42,192 bases of DNA from an uncultured archaeon (GTDB taxonomy: Archaea; Asgardarchaeota; Lokiarchaeia; Sigyniarchaeales; SOKP01). The stretch lies in assembly GCA_964632315.1 (NCBI GenBank), contig CAZWEM010000041.1:2714-44905 (forward strand). Direction: 5' to 3'. The translations under genes and the position numbers were made by a program. Positions 1-9,176 of the stretch are shown here, piece by piece. The first letter of the stretch is position 1. The number at the start of each line of letters is the position of its first letter. The notes under the pieces were generated by a model. It saw nothing but the letters and a program-made list of their open reading frames with translations, searched no databases and was not told the origin of the DNA.

Positions 1-1394
1 GGAGGATGAGAATTAACCATATTACTGAGAAGAGAAAAACGTGAGGGTTTTATCATTGAATCATGTAGGTAACGTGCTGTTTCAAAGTAATCCATAATTT
101 TATTATTTTGATTTATTTTTTCATCACATAGCAACATTGTATTCAATCCTATTTCTCTACCAGAAGCATAGAAGCTTTCTAGAGTATATAAGGCTTTTGT
201 TAGTTCAAAAGCATATCCTGCTTCTTTTGCCTTGAGATCTGCTCTACCTTCTAGGATTCTTACAAAGATATAAAGAAAAATATAAATTCCAAAATTTAAT
301 AGAATAAAAGCTAAAAGTGGCATGCGAGGATTTCCGAAAGTATAATCATAAAATGTTGCTGGTATGCCTATAAACATTCGTATTAAAAGATCTAATGAAG
401 TAATGAGAGCTAGAATAAGAGTGTGCTTCCCTTTTGTATGAGCTAATTCATGTGAAACAATTCCCTTCATTTCATCTTTTGGAATTTGCTTGTAATCTTC
501 TGCTATCAGAGCGATTCTTTTATCGAATACGGAACCATATGCCATTGCATTTAAGATCGGATATTTTCCAAAACCTACTTTGACATTTCCCTTAATTTTT
601 AGGTTAGTCTTGACATTAGAAACTAATTCAATTAAATTTTTATCTTTAACTCGTTTGATGCCTAATAGAAAGTCCAAAATAGGTCCGGAAATAAAATATA
701 CTAACCAATTAACTGCGATTAAAATAATGTAAATGTTAAAAACGAAATCGAGAAACTGGAAGTTGTTAAGAAATACTGGCTCATATAAGATGAATTTAAA
801 AGGAGTATATTGATCAATAAACACCACTACTAACCAAGCTATTATATATAAGAACAGGGTTAGATATTCTGGAGACATAAATCTCCAAATAACAATGTAT
901 TTTCTCCCAAATAGTAGAAAACCTAATATTAATATGATCCAAAATGAAAATGCGAATGTCGTATTCAATAGAAAAGGATTTCCGATATAGCTTGAAATAA
1001 TTCCTGCTATAAATATAATATTGTAGGTAACTAATGAAATCATCAGGACCTTGTTTAAAACCGGATAATCCTTCAATTCATAGATACCAAACCAGAGATA
1101 GATTGCAAATGCGCCCATTATAGAAGTAAGCAAATCTTTTGTGAAAAACATAATCAAGAAAAAGAAAAAGAATATTACTACAATATCACTTAATTCACTT
1201 CTTTTTCCATTTCTCGCCCAACGAGTTAACTCTTCAAGTATTAAAACATAACTGAGAATGGTGACTAAAAAAGTCCAATCTAAGAACAGATCTTCTATCC
1301 TCAATTGAAGTAGCATAAAAATGCTGTAAAATAGCAAACTAAAAGAAATTATTACGATTGAAATGAAAATTAAATATCTAGTAAATAATTTCAC
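1..1394 (-). CDS. M48 (HtpX-like) zinc metalloprotease with N-terminal multi-TM region; 3' end runs off the window
   Basis: Not in the ORF track. Manual translation from GTG at 1394 gives hydrophobic helices, then ILNAMAYG, VSHELAHTKGKH (HExxH, His codon 450-452), EGRADL and SHPP at the window edge, all in one frame. Confidence 0.85.
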   Translation of the reverse strand, partial: MKLFTRYLIFISIVIISFSLLFYSIFMLLQLRIEDLFLDWTFLVTILSYVLILEELTRWARNGKRSELSDIVVIFFFFFLIMFFTKDLLTSIMGAFAIYLWFGIYELKDYPVLNKVLMISLVTYNIIFIAGIISSYIGNPFLLNTTFAFSFWIILILGFLLFGRKYIVIWRFMSPEYLTLFLYIIAWLVVVFIDQYTPFKFILYEPVFLNNFQFLDFVFNIYIILIAVNWLVYFISGPILDFLLGIKRVKDKNLIELVSNVKTNLKIKGNVKVGFGKYPILNAMAYGSVFDKRIALIAEDYKQIPKDEMKGIVSHELAHTKGKHTLILALITSLDLLIRMFIGIPATFYDYTFGNPRMPLLAFILLNFGIYIFLYIFVRILEGRADLKAKEAGYAFELTKALYTLESFYASGREIGLNTMLLCDEKINQNNKIMDYFETARYLHDSMIKPSRFSLLSNMVNSHP

Positions 1395-1464
1395 AGTAAT
1401 TTATCATATTATTAATAATTTAAAGATATATATGGAAGGAGCTATTAATACTTGTTTTAAATTT

Positions 1465-2835
1465 TTAAACTGTATCTATCGATTTTAATTTCATTTTATC
1501 TATGGCATACCAAAAGTAACGGATCGAAATAAAGTACCAGACTAATAGACATGGTATCACGATGATTAATGAGATTATGATGTTTGTGGGAATTGCTATT
1601 CCAAAAACGGTAAAATTTACGAACTCAACAGGCATTATGAATGTTTCTATTAACATCAATAATATATATCCAGCTACCATTAATAAAAGCATTAAAGCAA
1701 TAATTCCTCGGATTTTTGGAAAGAATATTAACATTACGATTAAAATGGCGAGAAGTATAAGTGTCACTACTAGTAATGGTACAAATTGAATTTGATTTAT
1801 TGTCCAAGCCATCATTAACGTAGTAAAAATTGCGAAAAGCCCACATATAACAGAAATAGCATAGAGATTTTTAACCAAACCGTGCTCCTTAAGGTTACCG
1901 TGGGCTAAAATTAATCTTGGTAATGTTAAGGCCGCATCTTTCTGATCTGATGCCATAAGCTCATCATTTTTTAATAAAATCACATCAGTTTTGCTTTCTT
2001 GTATCTCTGAGCTTTCAAAGAAACCTTTAACCGAATATAATACATAAAAACTATTGAAAACATGAATGAAAAGCGCACAAAAAACAGCGGCTTCTAATGA
2101 AGCAAATAATGCAATTCCTGCAAAAATTGCTCCAATACTTAAGGTTCCTACATCTCCAGGAAAGATTTTAGCGGGATATTTATTAAAAATATAGAATGGT
2201 ATGATGACTGCTAAACTAATGGATGTATATAAAATTCCCATTGTGGAATTCCATAAAATAGCACAAATTAATATAAATATTAATGTAATTATTGAAACTC
2301 CTGATCCTTCTCCATTATATCCCTCTAACATATTGACAGTATTAGTAAATACAGCAACAACAATAGGTACTACAAAAGGGTAGATTAATGTCAGCCTTAA
2401 TTTTCCTAAAAATGGAATTGTAGGAGATTGAATATTGATAAAACCAATAAAATTTGCAATAAAAATAATCACTCCAGTTAGAAGAGTCAAAATTAGTTTA
2501 TATCTTGATTTTAATTTGATACGATCGTCAATATATCCTATTAAACCTGAAAAGATAACTGTTAAAGCAAAAATAAGAGTTTCATTTGCAAATTCTGGAA
2601 AAAACATCATTAAAAGAACTGAAGTAATAGTGAAACCAATTACAATGCTAATTCCTCCTGATTCTGCTACTTTAGGTCGACTGTTTTTATGTATATCGAT
2701 TCCTACATAATCTTTACTTACCATTAATTTGATAATTTTAGGAATAATAAAATATGTAGCGAAAAATCCAATGATAAAAGTGAGGATTAATAAGAGTATT
2801 TCAATGAAATCCCAATTCATTTCTGTTAATAGCAT
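1465..2835 (-). CDS. aglH: UDP-GlcNAc:dolichol-phosphate GlcNAc-1-phosphate transferase (GPT/DPAGT1/AglH; glycosyltransferase family 4, MraY-like)
   Basis: Polytopic membrane protein with GIDIHK..PKVAESGG, GYIDD, NTVNMLEGYNG and FNKYPAKIFPGDVG motifs. Confidence 0.85.
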   Translation of the reverse strand: MLLTEMNWDFIEILLLILTFIIGFFATYFIIPKIIKLMVSKDYVGIDIHKNSRPKVAESGGISIVIGFTITSVLLMMFFPEFANETLIFALTVIFSGLIGYIDDRIKLKSRYKLILTLLTGVIIFIANFIGFINIQSPTIPFLGKLRLTLIYPFVVPIVVAVFTNTVNMLEGYNGEGSGVSIITLIFILICAILWNSTMGILYTSISLAVIIPFYIFNKYPAKIFPGDVGTLSIGAIFAGIALFASLEAAVFCALFIHVFNSFYVLYSVKGFFESSEIQESKTDVILLKNDELMASDQKDAALTLPRLILAHGNLKEHGLVKNLYAISVICGLFAIFTTLMMAWTINQIQFVPLLVVTLILLAILIVMLIFFPKIRGIIALMLLLMVAGYILLMLIETFIMPVEFVNFTVFGIAIPTNIIISLIIVIPCLLVWYFISIRYFWYAIDKMKLKSIDTV

Positions 2836-2875
2836 CTATTTTCACTTGGCGTTTTACAAGAATAAGGTAAATTAA

Positions 2876-2977
2876 TAGCCCGGCACGGAATTTCGACTGA
2901 CGAGTATGTTCATCAATTTTCGAACCGTGGTCACGGGGTTCAAGGCCCCAGATGCTTGGCCGCTACACCACCGGGCT
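2876..2977 (-). tRNA. tRNA-Gln (anticodon TTG) with a 29-nt intron in the T-loop (position 59/60); CCA not encoded
   Basis: Reverse complement: AGCCCGG TG GTGTAGCGGCCAAGCAT C TGGGG CCTTGAA CCCCG TGAC CACGG TTCGAA[intron]T CCGTG CCGGGCT A. It has a 7-bp acceptor stem with A1-U72, typical of archaeal tRNA-Gln, and is 73 nt after splicing. Confidence 0.92.
2890..2918 (-). other. BHB intron of tRNA-Gln, 29 nt
   Basis: Outer helix CACGG/CCGTG, central helix TTCG/CGAA, bulges AAA and ATT, inner helix ATTGATGA/TCGTCAGT. Cutting after the 2nd nt of each bulge regenerates the T-loop TTCGAAT. Confidence 0.92.
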
Positions 2978-2999
2978 AAATATTCTCTTATTAAGTCTT

Positions 3000-3623
3000 T
3001 TAAAGATTAAAAGGTTTTAAATTTTGTTGAAAAAATTCTGGATCACATAAATTTTTATGGTTTTTAAGAAAATCTAAATCATTATCCTTGTTTCTATATT
3101 CATCTGGGAGCATTTGAGGAATGGTATCAATGATCGGAAACCATCTATAACAATGTTCACAAAATAACAATCCTGTTTCGATTTCAACGTCCAATTTGAT
3201 TTTATTTATAAAATATAACTCTGGAAGTATATCATCTAAATCAGGAATCTCTTCTTTTTCTGAGAATTTTATAATTTTCTCTTTAACTTCTGAAGTAAGT
3301 AAGTCAAAACATTTAGAACTAAGTGAAAGATCAGATTTATCATAGATATTATCTAATTCATCGATACTTTGAATGATAAGAGTTAAATAATCTTCTAAAG
3401 GAGTATTTTTTAGGGCAATTCCATCTTTTATTAAATCACCATCAGGAGTTTCGTCGATTTCTATAATGCGTTCCCTCTTAATTTGATCAATATCTCTATC
3501 GTTATATATTCTTAAGAATGATTCGAATTGTACAAGAGGAGTTTCGTATTTAAAGATGTATAATTTTAGGGGGTAACTTTTATCTATTGGGCATGCAAGG
3601 ATGTCAAATAACCAAGGTTTCAT
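3000..3623 (-). CDS. trm112: Trm112-family methyltransferase activator with a long central insertion
   Basis: MKPWLFDILACPIDK N-terminus and EIETGLLFCEHCYRWFPIIDTIPQML C-terminal half of the Trm112 Zn-binding domain. Confidence 0.8.
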   Translation of the reverse strand: MKPWLFDILACPIDKSYPLKLYIFKYETPLVQFESFLRIYNDRDIDQIKRERIIEIDETPDGDLIKDGIALKNTPLEDYLTLIIQSIDELDNIYDKSDLSLSSKCFDLLTSEVKEKIIKFSEKEEIPDLDDILPELYFINKIKLDVEIETGLLFCEHCYRWFPIIDTIPQMLPDEYRNKDNDLDFLKNHKNLCDPEFFQQNLKPFNL

Positions 3624-3645
3624 ATTAATCTCGATTAAATAAGAA

Positions 3646-5502
3646 TTATAATAAATAATTCCTTAATTGTTGGATATATTTATCTATGGTTCGATCTATT
3701 TTCTTTCTCCTCTTGAGAAAATCATCAGACAATTTTTGATAAGCTTGTCTAGAGGGTAATTTTCCTCTTTTGTATCGATTATTTAATAGATTAATGCTAT
3801 CATCTACACTAATTCGTTCAGCGTCAAGGACATCTAATTTTTTTACAATACTTTCGAAAATCTCTCCGGATTCAATTAAGTTCTTCTTAAATGGTTGAAT
3901 TTCACTTTTGATTTGTTCGATTTTATTGGTATTTTTACTAACTAGGTTTTTAAAAGATTTTTTAGCCAACTTTTTTCTTCTTGCTTCTTCCTCAGCTGTT
4001 CTCATCTCTAATATCAAAGCATTTTTCTCTTCATATAAGGAACAGAATTCACGAATTTCATTTATGGGTATTAATTCTGATTTTAAAGCGATAACTGTTT
4101 CCTCTTTCTTTCTCGTCTTTATTAATAAGACAAAACTTGATAAGATACCCATAATAAGCAGGATGATAATTATTGGTCTAAACATCAAATCAATTAAGTT
4201 TATTGAAAATGTTACAAGGATTTCTTTACTCTCAAGAGGACTGACTTGTTCGGAATTATAGATAAGGATCTTTGATTCACTATCTTGATTAATGGCGTCT
4301 GGAGGGATTGATATATAATCAATATTACTACATCCTTCTAAAACCAATTTAACTTCTTGTTGTACACCTAAAAATTCAAATTTAGTTGATATTAAATCTA
4401 ATTTTATCGATTCTTCAAACCAATTTACTGAAAAAAGATTCTGTATGGGAATATTATACTGAATAGTGTAAGATAATTTAGAATCTGGCTTAATTGCCGC
4501 TCTATTGTTTAACAAATTAATAGACACTTCTTTAAAATTAGTAGAGGATTCACCTATGCTCACACCTAATAATTCACCAAGTTCGTCAAATACAACTAAA
4601 TTTATAGCATTTTGAGGAATTTTAAAACTAAGAGAATAAAGATCAATCTTACCAATATTATGGATTAAATGCTCTTCTTCTACTTTAATAATTCCCCAAG
4701 GGGATATATCTATCTCACGTTTTATATCTTCTAATTGCATGTTTGTACGAGTATTATCTTCAATACTTACGGTAATTTCCTTTTCTACTCCCATATTTTC
4801 AAGAAATGGATCTAAATAATTTAACTCAAATGAAACACCTAAATCATAAATTATAACTCCAGATTCTGATGTTCCCATCCCAAATGGTTGATCATAACTT
4901 AAAGTATTTGCACCATCAGGTAATCTTATTGCGGTTTTAATATTTCCTTCAGCTTTATAGGGTAAAATTGGGAATATTAATCCTGTAAAATTAATGATTT
5001 GTTCAAGATTTTGAACATTATACTCCAATTGATTCTTTAGCGTCTCAATAATATTTACTGAAATTGAATTTTGTGGTAAAAGTGGACTATCTAAATATAT
5101 ACTAATAACCTCAAAATCATCAAAAATTAAATAGTTTCTTTCTATTGTTAACTCATTTTGTCTTATTCCTTCTGATTTTAAATAAATTAAATCATCTGAA
5201 AGATTTAAAGGAATGCCTAGCAGTATAGAATTTAAGGGATTAGAATTTTGATTGAGAATAGTGATTCTATCTGAAATATCAATTAGTCCATAGGTGCTAA
5301 TATTAATATTTCGAATGATTTCAGTCACTTTTATTTTATCGAAACCTTCGATTGTTGTTGACGATTTGACATCATTTGTATTACCTTTAATGATCTGATC
5401 TTGACGACATAAAAATCCAAAAATTGAAAAGACCATTAATAAGATGATTAAACTTGATAAAATTATACTTATTTTCTTTTTTCTTAACATTTGCATAATC
5501 AA
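3646..5502 (-). CDS. Ribophorin I / Ost1-like oligosaccharyltransferase subunit
   Basis: N-terminal signal/TM, two beta-rich repeats (IRNINISTYGLIDISDRITILN; KREIDISPWGIIKVEEEHLIHNIG, resembling the ribophorin I R.IE.SHWG motif), a single TM and a cytoplasmic coiled-coil tail. Confidence 0.75.
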   Translation of the reverse strand: MIMQMLRKKKISIILSSLIILLMVFSIFGFLCRQDQIIKGNTNDVKSSTTIEGFDKIKVTEIIRNINISTYGLIDISDRITILNQNSNPLNSILLGIPLNLSDDLIYLKSEGIRQNELTIERNYLIFDDFEVISIYLDSPLLPQNSISVNIIETLKNQLEYNVQNLEQIINFTGLIFPILPYKAEGNIKTAIRLPDGANTLSYDQPFGMGTSESGVIIYDLGVSFELNYLDPFLENMGVEKEITVSIEDNTRTNMQLEDIKREIDISPWGIIKVEEEHLIHNIGKIDLYSLSFKIPQNAINLVVFDELGELLGVSIGESSTNFKEVSINLLNNRAAIKPDSKLSYTIQYNIPIQNLFSVNWFEESIKLDLISTKFEFLGVQQEVKLVLEGCSNIDYISIPPDAINQDSESKILIYNSEQVSPLESKEILVTFSINLIDLMFRPIIIILLIMGILSSFVLLIKTRKKEETVIALKSELIPINEIREFCSLYEEKNALILEMRTAEEEARRKKLAKKSFKNLVSKNTNKIEQIKSEIQPFKKNLIESGEIFESIVKKLDVLDAERISVDDSINLLNNRYKRGKLPSRQAYQKLSDDFLKRRKKIDRTIDKYIQQLRNYLL

Positions 5503-5636
5503 TTCTTCCTTAGATTATCTGAAGATAATTAAGATTAATAATAAAATTTTTCATATTTTTTTCTATATATCAAAATAAAACTTATTATTGGTGGAAATTT
5601 ATTTTTAATTAAAAATATTATACTTCAGAATAGATT

Positions 5637-5852
5637 ATGTCGTCACGATCTCAATCCAGAAGGAGAAAAAGAAGAGCTGGAAATGCCCCAATGCCCATGG
5701 GTGGTGCGGGTTTAATGCGCTTTTTTGAAGATAGCTCAATCGGGGTTAAAATTGGCCCAGTTACTACTGTGATAATTTCATTTAGTCTTATTTTAGTGGT
5801 CATTTTCGCAAAGCTTGGAATTTTCAATTGGTTTTTCACCCCCGGAGGATAA
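5637..5852 (+). CDS. Preprotein translocase subunit Sec61beta
   Basis: Basic N-terminus, GAGLMRFFED...VKIGP followed by a C-terminal TM; 71 aa. Confidence 0.9.
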   Translation: MSSRSQSRRRKRRAGNAPMPMGGAGLMRFFEDSSIGVKIGPVTTVIISFSLILVVIFAKLGIFNWFFTPGG

Positions 5853-5880
5853 TTTGATTGTAATTTTTTAAAAAAGGCTT

Positions 5881-6183
5881 ATGAGAATTTCAGATTTTCA
5901 AGAGAAAATTCGTTATTTATATTTAGAAAATGACAAAAGAAGGGGCATTAAAAGCACTTTCATTTGGCTAGTTGAAGAAGTAGGAGAATTAGCGACTCTG
6001 TTGAATAATGAAACTCTTGAAATTCCAAAAATATCAGAGGAATTATCAGATATAATTGCTTGGACATTATCCATAGCAAATTTGCTAAACATTGAAATGG
6101 AGTCTGCTTTAAGCTTAAAATATCCTAATAAGTGTGTTAAATGTGGTGCAGCTCCATGCCAATGCAATAATAAACCTAAATAA
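5881..6183 (+). CDS. MazG-like nucleotide pyrophosphohydrolase
   Basis: WLVEEVGELA...EELSDIIAW motif; C-terminal CxxC...CxC. Confidence 0.85.
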   Translation: MRISDFQEKIRYLYLENDKRRGIKSTFIWLVEEVGELATLLNNETLEIPKISEELSDIIAWTLSIANLLNIEMESALSLKYPNKCVKCGAAPCQCNNKPK

Positions 6184-6201
6184 TTTAAAAGTGAAATTTT
6201 A

Positions 6202-6927
6202 ATGAATTATATACATCCTGAAGCAAAACTTAATAATAATGCTCATATTAGTGATTTAGTGTCTATTGGAAAAGGGGTAACGATTGAAAAGGATGTTTTC
6301 ATCTCGAGGGGGGTAATTATTTATGGAAATGCCTTAATTGAAGAAGGGACATTCATAGGTGAAAATTGTATTATCGGACATCCCCAAAGAAATGAATTAA
6401 AAAAACTAATCAAGAAAAAAGATTCTGCTTTAAATTTGAGAAATCCCTTGGTTGAGATCAAGCAGAATTGTACTATTAGATCTGGAAGCATTATATATTC
6501 AGAAGTAAAGATGGGAGCTAATTGTCAGACGGGTCATCACGTAATGATTAGAGAAAAAACGACCATAGGAAATAATACTTTGGTAGGAACTAATACTGTA
6601 ATTGATGGAAATGTGATTATTGGAGAAAATGTAAGCATTCAAACGGGGGTTTACATACCATTGTATTCTAAGATTGGAAATCATGTATTTATGGGACCCT
6701 TCTGTAAATTAACTAATGATAAATATATGATGCGCAAAAAATTTGATTTGATCGGACCAACTTTGGAGGATTACGTGTCAGTTGGTGCAAATTCTGTCAT
6801 TCTTCCAGGAATTAAATTGAAAAAGAACTCTATAATAGGGGCTGGATCGGTAGTAACGAAAGATGCAGAAGAAAATCAAGTTTTAATAGGAAATCCAGCT
6901 AAACCCATCAAAAGATTTTTAGAATAA
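6202..6927 (+). CDS. Hexapeptide-repeat (left-handed beta-helix) acyltransferase, probably a nucleotide-sugar N-acetyltransferase
   Basis: Many [IV]GxxxxIG repeats, GPFCKLTNDKY, IGAGSVVTKD...GNPAK. Confidence 0.85.
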   Translation: MNYIHPEAKLNNNAHISDLVSIGKGVTIEKDVFISRGVIIYGNALIEEGTFIGENCIIGHPQRNELKKLIKKKDSALNLRNPLVEIKQNCTIRSGSIIYSEVKMGANCQTGHHVMIREKTTIGNNTLVGTNTVIDGNVIIGENVSIQTGVYIPLYSKIGNHVFMGPFCKLTNDKYMMRKKFDLIGPTLEDYVSVGANSVILPGIKLKKNSIIGAGSVVTKDAEENQVLIGNPAKPIKRFLE

Positions 6928-6953
6928 ATTAAAATTAATGAATTGTTCTTTGT

Positions 6954-8054
6954 ATGGGAGTCAAAAGAAGAATTTGGATTGATATTGAGGAACCCAAAAC
7001 AGGAATTATGTTTAAATCTCTTATTGAAAGATTCTATCAAAATAATTATGAAATTCTTCTGACTGCCAGAGATTATGATTCTACTTTTCAGATTTTAGAC
7101 GAATTTGGATTTGAATATTATAAGGTGGGTCATCATGGTGGAGAAAGCTTGGAAGGTAAATTAAAATGCTATATTGAACGATTAAGTGATCTATTTCAAC
7201 AAGTAGTAAAATTTAATCCCGATTATTTTGTCACATTCTCTTCTGTTGAGGGAGCAAGGATCTCTTATGGATTAAAAATTCCTTCAATAGGCTATAATGA
7301 TGAACCACGTAATGTGCCTGTTTGTAAGTTGATCTTTCCTTTTTTGGATAAAATAATTATTCCTCAATGTGTTCCAAAAGAGTGGTATTTAAAACTTCAT
7401 GCTGATCCAGAAAAACTGATTTCTTATAATGGAATCGATGAAATTGCATGGTTAAGCAAATACAATCCAAATCCTAAAATCCTTGATCAATTTGATTTAA
7501 AGAAAGGAGAGTATGTACTTTTAAGGACTGAACCTTCTTTTGCGAGCTACTTCATTGATAAATTAGACCCCTCTCATAGTATAATTAATAAATTCTTACC
7601 AGATCTTATTAAAGAGTTTCCAAACTTCAAGTATATAATAATTGCAAGAACAGAAAAGCAGGAATTATATTTCAAGCAAAAACTTAAGGAATATAAAAAT
7701 AAAAACATCATTCTGACAAGATTCATGCCAAATATGGTTGATCTATGCTTTTATGCTTCCATAGTTATAAGTGGGGGGGGAACGATAGTTCGAGAAGCAA
7801 GTCTTTTAGGAGTACCTAGTATCGAATTTTTTCCAGGTCAAACCGCTCCGCAAGAACATTTCCTAATGGAAAATGGTTTCCCCTTAGAACATGTTAAAGA
7901 GAAAGAAAAAATATTAGAAGAATCTTTAAAGATTTTAAAAAGGGGTCCTTCTTCAGATCGATTCAGCCTTTCATTCAAAGAGAAAATAAAATTATATGAT
8001 GATCCAAATAATATTTGCTTCAAGATTGTCAATGGAGAATTATTAGATTTTTAA
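6954..8054 (+). CDS. DUF354-family GT-B-fold protein (putative glycosyltransferase/epimerase)
   Basis: IWIDI..PK, LLTARDY, VGHHGG and SGGGTIVREASLLGVPSI motifs. Confidence 0.75.
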   Translation: MGVKRRIWIDIEEPKTGIMFKSLIERFYQNNYEILLTARDYDSTFQILDEFGFEYYKVGHHGGESLEGKLKCYIERLSDLFQQVVKFNPDYFVTFSSVEGARISYGLKIPSIGYNDEPRNVPVCKLIFPFLDKIIIPQCVPKEWYLKLHADPEKLISYNGIDEIAWLSKYNPNPKILDQFDLKKGEYVLLRTEPSFASYFIDKLDPSHSIINKFLPDLIKEFPNFKYIIIARTEKQELYFKQKLKEYKNKNIILTRFMPNMVDLCFYASIVISGGGTIVREASLLGVPSIEFFPGQTAPQEHFLMENGFPLEHVKEKEKILEESLKILKRGPSSDRFSLSFKEKIKLYDDPNNICFKIVNGELLDF

Positions 8055-9152
8055 AATTTTTTTATATATTTCTTCCATTTTATGACCAACACTATTCCAA
8101 GAAAATCTTTTAATATATTCTTGACCTTTTTCAATTAGCTTAATCTTTTCATTCTCATTTTTTAATAGCCTATAAATAGCTTCAGAAAGTAATTTTGGAC
8201 TTTTTGGTTTAACAAAAATAGCATTATCTTGCAGAACTTCTCTAAAAACTTTAATATTAGAACATATTACAGGTGTTCCGCATGCTATTGCTTCTATAGG
8301 TGTCAACCCAAAGCCTTCAGATGCATAAGAATAAGTAATAAAAACATCTGCCATAGTATAATAAATTGCTATTTGATTTGTTGGAATAAAACCCATAAAA
8401 TGAATATCTGGATATCTATTTTTCCACACCTGATATGTATCTCTCATCGAAAAATCAGGAGTCCCACCTATCAAGAGTTCTAAGTCTTTTATTTGGTTTT
8501 TTACCATATTATATGCTTTGATGATGTCTGGGACACCTTTATAATTAGCAATACGCCCAATATAAAGCAAAATTGGCCCATTGAGCCCTAATTTCCCTTT
8601 TAAACTTTTTGATTCTGAGACATAAGGCTTAAATTTTGATTCAATAGCCGAGTAAAGATTGAAAATCTTCTGTGAGGGAACATTTTGAAATAGAGATAAT
8701 ATTTGCTGCTTAATAGATTCTGAACAAGTGGTGATAATTTTAGCCCTTTTTATTGTTTTTTCAATTAAGAATCTTTCAAACGGAATTCTTGAAAATTTGG
8801 TTTCAATTGGTCCTAGATCATGTATTGTTGAAATAAAATCTAAATTCCTCAATAAAAGTAAAGGCATGCTCCCCTTCGGTCCGTTGCCATGAATTATGTC
8901 GAACTTATTTTTTTTCAAATATTTAATTACAAAAAATATAAATTGGGGAACCCAAAGATAACTCTTTTTTATCAATTTCACTTGGATAATATCTGGATTG
9001 TTAAGTTTTTGATTCCAAAGCCCTGTTATTACTTTAACTTCATGGCCCTGTGATTTAAGGTAATTATAAACTCCTGTTATAAATTTTGCACTTCCATCTT
9101 GACTATCCGGAGCAAATGTTAATGAAACCAAACAAATCTTTAACTTTTTCAT
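8043..9152 (-). CDS. Glycosyltransferase family 4 (GT-B, retaining)
   Basis: LYIGRIANYKG and EGFGLTPIEAIACGTPVICS motifs. Confidence 0.9.
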   Translation of the reverse strand: MKKLKICLVSLTFAPDSQDGSAKFITGVYNYLKSQGHEVKVITGLWNQKLNNPDIIQVKLIKKSYLWVPQFIFFVIKYLKKNKFDIIHGNGPKGSMPLLLLRNLDFISTIHDLGPIETKFSRIPFERFLIEKTIKRAKIITTCSESIKQQILSLFQNVPSQKIFNLYSAIESKFKPYVSESKSLKGKLGLNGPILLYIGRIANYKGVPDIIKAYNMVKNQIKDLELLIGGTPDFSMRDTYQVWKNRYPDIHFMGFIPTNQIAIYYTMADVFITYSYASEGFGLTPIEAIACGTPVICSNIKVFREVLQDNAIFVKPKSPKLLSEAIYRLLKNENEKIKLIEKGQEYIKRFSWNSVGHKMEEIYKKILKI

Positions 9153-9176
9153 GTATTACTCAAATTTTTTAAGAAT

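Noticed and set aside
2934-2950. Reading the tRNA as Ser(TGA) or Sec
   Set aside because: The shifted register breaks the anticodon stem, there is no long variable arm, and A1-U72 plus the D-arm fit Gln.
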